Origin: Desulfurococcales archaeon
GTDB lineage: Archaea > Thermoproteota > Thermoprotei_A > Sulfolobales > Desulfurococcaceae
Length of the DNA: 64,000 bases
Reading direction: 5' to 3'
Assembly (NCBI GenBank): GCA_027022365.1
Contig: JALVYU010000031.1
Location: forward strand, 96,001 to 160,000
Numbering within the stretch: the first letter of the stretch is position 1; every line of letters begins with the position of its first letter. This document shows, one piece after another, positions 1 to 7,807 of the stretch. Made by a program: the position numbers and the translations under genes. Under the pieces are notes generated by a model. It saw nothing but the letters and a program-made list of their open reading frames with translations, had not been told where the DNA came from and searched no databases.

Positions 1-348
1 CGTATATTCATGGAGATAAAGGATGACCCGAGATCAGCGGTCATACACACTGGCTACAAGGCCCCGGGCACGTTCGCAAGACAACTAGTAATGGCTAGGA
101 ATACAATGTGCTTCACATGGAATAGTGAACCACTAGTCTTTAGAACAAGGGTTTACGACATACCGATCAAGATGCACTTCGATCTGCATGACAACATATC
201 CCTGGTTGAAAGTATGGGTAGGCCTCTCCTAATCCTCCATCACGGTGAAGAGCCACGTAGCCTGAGATTGGCCCTAGCCCTCTCAAACTATGTGGAACCC
301 AAGCGTATCCTGCTTCCAAGTACCCCCTCAAAAACATTCTTGGGGTGA
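1..348 (+). CDS. C-terminal part of a divergent MBL-fold beta-CASP ribonuclease (5' end outside window)
   Basis: The frame is open from base 1. SAVIHTGYKAPGTFARQL, KMHFD and LILHHGE resemble the beta-CASP/RMMBL motifs VGYQAEGT, SAHAD and VHGE. Confidence 0.6.
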   Translation, partial: RIFMEIKDDPRSAVIHTGYKAPGTFARQLVMARNTMCFTWNSEPLVFRTRVYDIPIKMHFDLHDNISLVESMGRPLLILHHGEEPRSLRLALALSNYVEPKRILLPSTPSKTFLG

Positions 349-354
349 CCTGCT

Positions 355-1647
355 TTGCCCAAGCCCAAATGGGAGGCCAAGAAAACATATAGAGCCATAA
401 TCCTCATCCAGGACGGAGTAGGAGATAGACCTGTCCCAGAGCTAGGCGGCCGCACGCCCCTCGAGGTCGCCCGGAAACCACACATGGACACAATAGCATT
501 GCTCGGAGCAACCGGCCTCATGGACTTGATTGAACCCGGTGTACGGCCCGGCACCGATACCGGACACCTAGCTTTGTTCGGCTACGACCCATACAAGTAC
601 TATCCGGGAAGAGGACCGCTCGAGGCCGCTGGTATAGGTGTACCCCTTAGGCCCGGCGATGTCGCGCTGAGATGCAATATAGCAACAGTAGAGGAGAGGA
701 ATGGAGAACTAATAGTAATTGATAGACGTGCGGGCAGGATCAGGGGCGATCATGTCAAAATACTTGTCGAGGCACTAAACAAGGCGATAAAAGAAGTAGA
801 TGGTGTGAAGATAGAGTTCTACCCCGCCACCGAACACCGCGTAGTAATGGTTCTCCGCGGAGAAGGCCTTTCACCCAAGATATCTGACAGCGACCCTGGC
901 ACGGCTATGGAGGGACACCCGATAAGAAAGGTCGTACCCCTCGACGACACCGAGGAGGCCAGGAGAACCGCAGAGATAGTCAATAAGGTGGTAAGACTGG
1001 CACATCAGGTACTCAGAAACCATCCGCTCAACAAGGAGCGCGTTGAGAAGGGCTTGCTCCCCGGCAACGCCATAATAACTCGTGGAGCTGGAATGATTCC
1101 GAGAGACCTGAAGCCATACCACGAGGTATTCAAGACTAAAGCCTATGTCGTTGCCGAGGAGGCAACCATAGTTGGGATCGCGAGGATCCTCGGCATGGAT
1201 GCAGAGATACCGCCCGGCGCCACAGCGACTCTAGATACGGATCTAGACTCAATACTGGAGTCAGCTCTCAAAGCATGGAAGCAGGGCTACGAGATAGTAT
1301 ACATACATGTAAAAGGCCCAGACATAGCCGGGCATGATGCAGACCCTCACGGCAAGATAAAGATAATCGAGAGGACAGACCAGATGCTGGGAAAACTAAT
1401 GAAGCAGATAGACTTGAGAAACACCGTGATAGCCCTAGCAGCAGACCACTCGACACCATGTACAGTGAGAGACCACAGTGGGGATCCAGTTCCAGTAGCA
1501 ATATATGCGCCAACAATACGCAGAGACCACACAAGAAAATACGACGAATACACATGTAGCCAGGGAATGCTGGGAAGAATAAGGGGAACGGATCTCTTAA
1601 AGATAATACTAGACCAGATGAACAAACCCCTAAAATGGGGTGCGTAA
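355..1647 (+). CDS. apgM: 2,3-bisphosphoglycerate-independent phosphoglycerate mutase (archaeal type)
   Basis: DGVGDRP...GRTPLE, PGTDTGHLALFGYDP, RGPLEAAG, HVKGPDIAGHD and ADHSTP...HSGDPVP motifs. Confidence 0.93.
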   Translation: MPKPKWEAKKTYRAIILIQDGVGDRPVPELGGRTPLEVARKPHMDTIALLGATGLMDLIEPGVRPGTDTGHLALFGYDPYKYYPGRGPLEAAGIGVPLRPGDVALRCNIATVEERNGELIVIDRRAGRIRGDHVKILVEALNKAIKEVDGVKIEFYPATEHRVVMVLRGEGLSPKISDSDPGTAMEGHPIRKVVPLDDTEEARRTAEIVNKVVRLAHQVLRNHPLNKERVEKGLLPGNAIITRGAGMIPRDLKPYHEVFKTKAYVVAEEATIVGIARILGMDAEIPPGATATLDTDLDSILESALKAWKQGYEIVYIHVKGPDIAGHDADPHGKIKIIERTDQMLGKLMKQIDLRNTVIALAADHSTPCTVRDHSGDPVPVAIYAPTIRRDHTRKYDEYTCSQGMLGRIRGTDLLKIILDQMNKPLKWGA

Positions 1648-1772
1648 ATACCATGATTTTTTAACATTTCCAGCCAGATAGTTCGATTCTGCGTGACATT
1701 CTATTTATGTTATATAAAGAACTGGATGTGAGATCAGGCGGGTTCTTTGTCCTATTAGTGTGTTTCTGTGAT

Positions 1773-1802
1773 AATTTTGTGCGTTTGCGCAAAATTTAAT
1801 AG
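1773..1802 (+). promoter_or_regulatory. Imperfect inverted repeat (putative operator) overlapping a BRE/TATA-like element
   Basis: AATTTTGTGC-GTTT-GCGCAAAATT (10-bp arms, 1 mismatch) runs into TTTAATAG, about 36-43 nt upstream of the ATG at 1838. Confidence 0.45.
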
Positions 1803-1837
1803 TGTGCTATAGCTCAAAATACTTATGGGTGATAGAA

Positions 1838-2092
1838 ATGGCCTGGTTCCCTGGTTATGGTTGGAGAGGAGGCTGGGGCTGGAGAAGAGGCTGGAGAGGC
1901 CCATGGCCTGGTAATGGGCCATTCAGCTATCTACCGCCATGGCAGAGACCTGGATGGCTATTTGGAAGAGGATCGTGCTGGTGGCTATTCGGCGGCCCAT
2001 GGGGATACTGGGCTAGGACTTGGTACCCCTACCCAGTACCCTATCCGTATGTCCCTCCAGCATACTACCCGTACTATCCATGGGGATGGTGA
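1838..2092 (+). CDS. Trp/Gly/Pro/Tyr-rich low-complexity microprotein (resembles the N-terminal part of DUF5320-like proteins)
   Basis: GGTGA SD before ATG 1838. 84 aa with 15 Trp and no D/E/K. Contains GPWPGNGPFSYLPPWQRPGW and GRGSCWW. Confidence 0.75.
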   Translation: MAWFPGYGWRGGWGWRRGWRGPWPGNGPFSYLPPWQRPGWLFGRGSCWWLFGGPWGYWARTWYPYPVPYPYVPPAYYPYYPWGW

Positions 2093-2100
2093 TAGGTACA

Positions 2101-2301
2101 ATGTACTGGTGGTATTACCCACCAGTATACACACCGTACTACATGTATGATCCCATGGCCATGATGGCATACATGATGCAGTGGATGACTATACCATATT
2201 ATTATGCACTATACATGGAGATGTTTAGGGCAACTCTAGATGCATGGAGGAAAGCCATAGAGGCAATATCAGCTAGTATATCGCAGAAAGCAAAACAGTA
2301 A
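2101..2301 (+). CDS. Tyr/Met/Pro-rich microprotein with amphipathic C-terminal helix
   Basis: GGTGA/AGGT SD before ATG 2101. 66 aa with 12 Tyr and 10 Met. Starts 8 nt after the previous stop. Confidence 0.7.
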   Translation: MYWWYYPPVYTPYYMYDPMAMMAYMMQWMTIPYYYALYMEMFRATLDAWRKAIEAISASISQKAKQ

Positions 2302-2451
2302 TGCTCCGCCAAAAACAACTCATTGCGTAGGCCTCAGACGAAAAGATCTTGTCGTTAAATCATTTTTTATCAAGTAAACATAATGTAATACATGTGTATA
2401 TCAATAAGGACCTATATGATCGGAGATCAAAAACAAGGAGGGAGACCGGCT

Positions 2452-2775
2452 TTGTCCTGGTGGTATAGGTTTATGAGGAGAATGTATTATTGGATGCCGC
2501 CACCCTACCCCATATATCCTGCACCATCACCGACCCCCTACCAACCATACACTAGCCAGCCAAGCGGACAGGCACAGATGCAACAACCAGTAACCCCGCC
2601 ATACATGCCGCCCTATTTCCCCCCGCCACCCTACCCGCTGCGTCCGGAAGACGAGCTAGCAATGCTCGAGGACTATAAAAGGATTCTCGAGGAGGATCTT
2701 AGGGAGATACAGGAGGAGCTCAAGAGTGTAGAGGAAAGGATCAAAGAGCTTAAGAGAATGCTCGGCCGGGAATGA
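2452..2775 (+). CDS. Pro/Tyr-rich protein with C-terminal coiled coil (DUF5320-like C-terminus)
   Basis: GGAGGGAG SD before TTG 2452. PY-rich N-half, then heptad repeat EDELAMLEDYKRILEEDLREIQEELKSVEERIKEL. Confidence 0.75.
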   Translation: MSWWYRFMRRMYYWMPPPYPIYPAPSPTPYQPYTSQPSGQAQMQQPVTPPYMPPYFPPPPYPLRPEDELAMLEDYKRILEEDLREIQEELKSVEERIKELKRMLGRE

Positions 2776-2882
2776 TGCAATCATAGATACTACTTTATAT
2801 TCATCAATCTTTTTTAATTGAATAAATGAGAAGAACATAATTTTCTCAAACTATTTCTTTTATGCATTGGTGCGAATAGGAA

Positions 2883-4130
2883 ATGGATAATATTTATGAA
2901 AAACTATACAAGTATGTTGAACCCTTTGAAGCTGTATCGACATTAATAGAAGGGTTTAAAAGGAAGACAATAAGGTTAAGGCCGGAGAAAAGCATAGGTT
3001 ATATTCTCGCGGAGCCTGTTTATGCAGAGATAGATAGGCCTTATGCTAATCTATCTCATGTTGACGGATGGGCTGTTAGATCAATAGATACATTGAGTGC
3101 TTCTTCAGAGAGCCCTGTCAAGCTTAGAGTAAGAGATAATGTGGATTCCCGGAGAGCAGATCAGGTTGAGCTTCGGCCCGGTGAAACTGTTTTAGTAGAG
3201 ACAGGGTTTCCTATACCCGTTAACGCGGATGCAGTCATACCGGTAGAGTCAGCCCGTAAAATCGGAAACAATGTCTACATCTACGCACCGGTAGCCCGAG
3301 GATACAACGTCTTCCCTAGATCCAGTGATTTCAGGAAAGGAGAAAAACTACTAGATAGAGGCACGAGGATCACTTATTATGCCGTGAAATTATTAATGGA
3401 TGCCGGTGTTTGGAGGATAAAGGTCTATGATAAACCTAAAATAGCAGTTTATAGCACGGGCGTCGAGCTCAAAGAAGAACCAGCAATGTCTGGGCAATCC
3501 TACATACCTGACTCATCCAGGCTATTCATAAACCATGTGATCGAAGAACTCGGAGGAAAAATAATCGACACAGCCAATATACCCGATTCTCACGAATCAA
3601 TAGCCGAAGTGGTAGAGGGGATCATGGATGATGCCGACCTCGTGGTAACGATAGGAGGTGTATCCATGGGCCCACGTGATATGACGTGGACAGGGATAAA
3701 GAAAAGGATAAGGTACAGCAGGGTCTTTAGAGGAGTAAAAATGCATCCAGGAAGGTCAACAAGCGGTTTCAAGACAAACACGGCATCTATACTCAATCTT
3801 CCAGGACTACCGCAGTCAACCATAGCCGCGACGATACTAGTACTAGCTCCAGTCATAAGATACATGTCCGGAGCCGAGCCAATAATTGATAAGCCGAAAC
3901 TGTACGCTAAGCTTGCCGAGGACTACCGGAGCGATAAATATCTAGGTTTCTACAGGATGAGATATGTTGAGATCATTAATGGAGAAGCAGTCATATGGGA
4001 AGATAATCCTTCCTATAACGTCTTCACACCACTGAAAAGCAGTGGCATAACAATAATACCCCCAGGTAAAAAACCATTAAAAGGCGAATCGATACCGATC
4101 TATAGACCCAGCTCTATCTATCCCGAGTAA
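2883..4130 (+). CDS. moeA: Molybdopterin molybdo/tungstotransferase MoeA family (divergent)
   Basis: SHVDGWAVRS, ETGFPIPVNADAVIPVE, STGVEL, GGVSMGPRD, MHPGR and NLPGLP motifs; 415 aa. Confidence 0.85.
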   Translation: MDNIYEKLYKYVEPFEAVSTLIEGFKRKTIRLRPEKSIGYILAEPVYAEIDRPYANLSHVDGWAVRSIDTLSASSESPVKLRVRDNVDSRRADQVELRPGETVLVETGFPIPVNADAVIPVESARKIGNNVYIYAPVARGYNVFPRSSDFRKGEKLLDRGTRITYYAVKLLMDAGVWRIKVYDKPKIAVYSTGVELKEEPAMSGQSYIPDSSRLFINHVIEELGGKIIDTANIPDSHESIAEVVEGIMDDADLVVTIGGVSMGPRDMTWTGIKKRIRYSRVFRGVKMHPGRSTSGFKTNTASILNLPGLPQSTIAATILVLAPVIRYMSGAEPIIDKPKLYAKLAEDYRSDKYLGFYRMRYVEIINGEAVIWEDNPSYNVFTPLKSSGITIIPPGKKPLKGESIPIYRPSSIYPE

Positions 4131-4200
4131 ACCTAGACCTCAAAATTAATTAAGTCCCTAAGCACAAGTGTATATCAAAGTAAATTATCCTTGATAGATT

Positions 4201-4689
4201 ATGGAGGAGAACACTTTGAAACTCGGGTTTTTCACAGAACGGCAGATAAAGATCCTATATCTCCGGAATAAAGGACTCTTACTAAGAGATGTTGCGGAGA
4301 TCATGAAGACGAGCTACCAAAACATATCATTGATCGAGAAACGTGTCTACAGGAACGTTAAATTAGCCAAAGACACGATCCTCATATACAAGATCATAAC
4401 ATCGCCTGTAAAGATATTGCTTCCGGTAGGCTCACATCTGGCAGAGATCCCAAGAAAGGTTATACTAGAGTGCGATAAGAAAGGAGTGAAGCTCAAAGCG
4501 GACTTCACGCTCATCTACAAGCTCATAAGGTTTAGGACATCCGAGAACATAAGGGGACAATACATAATCAAGCCCATACTCCTTTTAGTCGATCTCCAGG
4601 GACAACCATACGTCTATGACTACGAGAGTGTAGAACCCTACATTAGGGAGATAGAGAGGATCATAGGAGAAAAGATAATAGAGCAGTAA
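4201..4689 (+). CDS. tfx: Tfx-family DNA-binding protein
   Basis: N-terminal HTH (FTERQIKILYLRNKG...VAEIMKTSYQNISLIEKR) and a Tfx_C-like region (IPRKVILECDKKGVKL). Confidence 0.75.
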   Translation: MEENTLKLGFFTERQIKILYLRNKGLLLRDVAEIMKTSYQNISLIEKRVYRNVKLAKDTILIYKIITSPVKILLPVGSHLAEIPRKVILECDKKGVKLKADFTLIYKLIRFRTSENIRGQYIIKPILLLVDLQGQPYVYDYESVEPYIREIERIIGEKIIEQ

Positions 4690-4805
4690 AAGCCGTCGGC
4701 CTCCGGCTTCTCCACATCCTCGGACGAGCTTCGGAGACTCCCTTGCTCCCCATTCACAATGAATGATCTATCCTATAGAAAATAATGTTAACGGGAGAAA
4801 TAGAA

Positions 4806-5123
4806 CTATCTGTTACGCCTGGTTTTATAGGTCTTCATGGCCTCAATTACTGCTTTGTAGGGCTGGGAAGCCGCGTCTGTACACTCCCCGGTTGTCAGGC
4901 TCGAGTCCCTACAAACCCTTACCAGACCCTTCTCAATCAGCGTCGAAACTATGTCCTCGATCTCTGGGCAATACATCCCCGTGTAGGTGAGCCTCCAATC
5001 ACAATCCTCGAAACAAGGAGTTAAACCATACTTAAAGGTATACAAGTAGATCAGATTATGGAGAGTTATCCTCGATGGCTTATAGATCTCTATAAGCTCC
5101 AATATTATCTTCGTCTGCAACAT
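4806..5123 (-). CDS. Small winged-helix protein, YwgA/SocA-like
   Basis: GGAGGG SD. LHNLIYL...WRLTYTGMYCPEIEDIVSTLIEKGLV resembles the L.KL.Y...GPYS.E....L..L...G pattern. Confidence 0.5.
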   Translation of the reverse strand: MLQTKIILELIEIYKPSRITLHNLIYLYTFKYGLTPCFEDCDWRLTYTGMYCPEIEDIVSTLIEKGLVRVCRDSSLTTGECTDAASQPYKAVIEAMKTYKTRRNR

Positions 5124-5414
5124 CTATTCCCTCCCTGTATATAGGAGGGTCTAGTCTTAAAAAAGAGGAGCTGGCAAAAATACCTTCTAAAACCTCGGAA
5201 GTAAGAAAAGCGAGAATTAAATATCAACTACTGGTACTGACTATATGATCATATGCTTAGGGTGCATTATGATTTCTTGAATAATTTATTTATATCCTAA
5301 TGGTAGAGTTATACATATGATATGCGAATAGAGCAATATTGTATTATTCATTACTATATTATTCATTGTATCTACGCGGCAATAACGTGACTACATAGTT
5401 GTGGGTGCGGTTTA

Positions 5415-5867
5415 ATGCGGTACCGAGTATTATTCGATCTTCTTCTTTCGTGTTTCTCCCTCAGCTCAATAGCTGTCCTATTGTATCTTCTCGTATCATT
5501 TCCAGCGACCCTTGCCCGCCTATTTTTCTATCTTATCTTAATGTTTGTTCTCGCTCTGATCGCATATGATCTATTTATTGATGCTTTTAGAACAATGAGA
5601 AGATTGTATAGGGATAGTTATCTGGAATACTTTCTGGCCACGATACTAGTCGTACTTCCTTTACTAGTTATGCCTAGTGTTTACATGTACTTATGGGCCC
5701 CGAAGATTCTTTCAGGCTGGAAGCAGTTGGGGGATTTTTATCCAACAGATATTTATGCGTTGTACTTGATGGGCCTCAATGCGGCTGTGTACATTACGTA
5801 TTATTATCTTGATAAATTAGTATTGTCAAGAACTGGTGTTATTGCTAAGAGAATAAATGAACGGTAA
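5415..5867 (+). CDS. Hypothetical membrane protein (about 4 TM helices)
   Basis: Four hydrophobic segments; T-rich composition unlike the neighbouring genes. Confidence 0.6.
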   Translation: MRYRVLFDLLLSCFSLSSIAVLLYLLVSFPATLARLFFYLILMFVLALIAYDLFIDAFRTMRRLYRDSYLEYFLATILVVLPLLVMPSVYMYLWAPKILSGWKQLGDFYPTDIYALYLMGLNAAVYITYYYLDKLVLSRTGVIAKRINER

Positions 5868-5892
5868 ATGAACGGGTAGACGCCTTCCATAA

Positions 5893-7542
5893 TTAGCTTG
5901 TCTCGGGTGGTTTCTCCTCGGCACTCCTACCTATAGCTTCATCAATGATCTCCTTGGCCAGCCCTGTTGCAGCAGCTATTTCGCTGCTGGAGAGCTCCTT
6001 GTATTTCTCCCTATTGATATAGATAAGGAATATTGCTTCGGGGATTATTCCGTGTTCTTTAGCAAACTTGTCGAGCGGTATCTCATAGCGGTCCACTATT
6101 TTTCCCGCCACGGTCTTCGCTACTAGGATGTAGCTGAATAGATCTTCGGCGGCCGAGGGAAACACGTCTATAGATATTATGGTAACCTTTATGTCTTCAA
6201 CACGGAAACCTTTCTCACCGAGGAGAGCCGAGAGCTCCGTGCTTATCTGCTTGTTTATCGCTGCTTGTATGACTTCCTTGAAGCGCCTGGAGAATATGTG
6301 GCGTGCGTCATTCTTGTTTATAGTGTATTTCGCGAGAAGCTTCCATGCTGGTTTTCTTATGTAGAGAAGGTTTTTGAGGGCCTGGCGTCCAAGCTCCCTG
6401 TAGGTTTCACCACAGACAGCGCCTATGTCCCCTCTCGCCATGATGTTTTGTAGTAGCCCATATATGCTGTAATCTGTAAGGGCCATGTAGGCTTCTAGTT
6501 CGCCGTCAACAACCCTGTCGATTATCCCCGCGATGTAGTGTTTGAGGCATCCGAGCAGTATGCCTATGGTCTCGATGAAGGCAAGGTTGACATGGTGTAG
6601 ATAGACGTTCTTGTACATGAATTTCCTTGCATTCAGGAGCCTTACAAGGTCATCAACAGCCTTCGCCTCGATCCCGGGTATTAAGAGATTCTCGTAGGGG
6701 ATTAGGTAGGTGTTGAGTATGAGCCAATCAATATTGATCTCGCCGATAGGAAGTCCCGTGTAGTAGCTGTCCCGCTTAAGATAATCGAGTATGTCGGCGG
6801 GGTAGAAGAAGTCTCTGACGGCTAGTCTAACAACCATGTGAGGGGCGAGATCGGGGCTTGGCTGGAAATAGTCTTCACGGCCGAGGAGACCCTTCTTGCC
6901 GAGATCAGTGTATTTAGCCATGCTGTACGGAGGCTTCATAGCTACATCCAATAACTCTATGACAGTATCAGCGTCGATACCCTTGTTACTCTCCTTCACA
7001 ACGCGGTGGATAATACGGCGTAGATAATCCCTGTAGATCAGGTACCCCATGACCTCGTGATTCCCGAACCTATAGCCGAGGAACCCGGGGTTGCCGAGAA
7101 CGTACTTGTCGAAAGCATGGCTGAAGGGGCCGTGCCCCACATCATGGAGGAGCCCGGTGATACGTGCTGCAAGCATTAGTTCACGAGCGTGGCGGATCAT
7201 GTACTTGCCGGTATCGCCCAGATGAGCATCCAGTAGCTCGAGGCTCCTGAGGAGTTGATCCATGAACCTATAGGCGATATGCATCACGCCGAGACTGTGG
7301 TTGAAACGCGTATGGGTTGCCGATGGATAGACGAAATGCGCAGCCTGTAGCTGGAGAATATATCGTAATCTCTGCAAAGGCCAGGTATCAATAATCCTAT
7401 CCTCCAAACCCTTGACATACCTTATATAGTTGTAAACCACATCCCTTATCTGCGCATCAAAAGGCATTAACCAGAGCAGGCTAACCTCTCTACCACTACT
7501 TTCCTCTTGCTTTGTAGCCCTAACATGTCGCTGTGCTGTCAC
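5893..7542 (-). CDS. HD-domain phosphohydrolase (SAMHD1/YwfO-like dNTPase family)
   Basis: QRLRYILQL, HTRFNHSLG, LLHDVGHGPFSH, DILDYLKRDSYY and RKFMYKNVYLH. GTG start follows a GGTGG SD. Confidence 0.9.
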   Translation of the reverse strand: MTAQRHVRATKQEESSGREVSLLWLMPFDAQIRDVVYNYIRYVKGLEDRIIDTWPLQRLRYILQLQAAHFVYPSATHTRFNHSLGVMHIAYRFMDQLLRSLELLDAHLGDTGKYMIRHARELMLAARITGLLHDVGHGPFSHAFDKYVLGNPGFLGYRFGNHEVMGYLIYRDYLRRIIHRVVKESNKGIDADTVIELLDVAMKPPYSMAKYTDLGKKGLLGREDYFQPSPDLAPHMVVRLAVRDFFYPADILDYLKRDSYYTGLPIGEINIDWLILNTYLIPYENLLIPGIEAKAVDDLVRLLNARKFMYKNVYLHHVNLAFIETIGILLGCLKHYIAGIIDRVVDGELEAYMALTDYSIYGLLQNIMARGDIGAVCGETYRELGRQALKNLLYIRKPAWKLLAKYTINKNDARHIFSRRFKEVIQAAINKQISTELSALLGEKGFRVEDIKVTIISIDVFPSAAEDLFSYILVAKTVAGKIVDRYEIPLDKFAKEHGIIPEAIFLIYINREKYKELSSSEIAAATGLAKEIIDEAIGRSAEEKPPETS

Positions 7543-7807
7543 AGTATTACCACCGATCAATTATTGGTTTGAGATCATTATAAAGTTTTCATAGATATAA
7601 CCACGAGTCTATATCTATAGGGCGTTAAGGCCTCATGGATAATTCTACCTATGGATTGCGGGACTTATTTTACATGATAAAATATTCAATATAGGGTGCA
7701 GGAATAACATTATTAGTCCGTATCGGTCTTCTGAGAGATAATTCTTTTAGGACTATATCGGCTATTTATTGCATACATAACACGTGATGTTTGCCTGGGT
7801 GTGGTTC

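Noticed and set aside
1857-2150. Alternative-frame 97-aa ORF over the Trp-rich gene
   Set aside because: It has no SD, whereas the 1838 frame has a GGTGA SD and a coherent motif.
4763-5024. Two plus-strand ORFs (75 and 79 aa)
   Set aside because: They overlap the better-supported minus-strand wHTH gene, which has an SD and a recognisable pattern.
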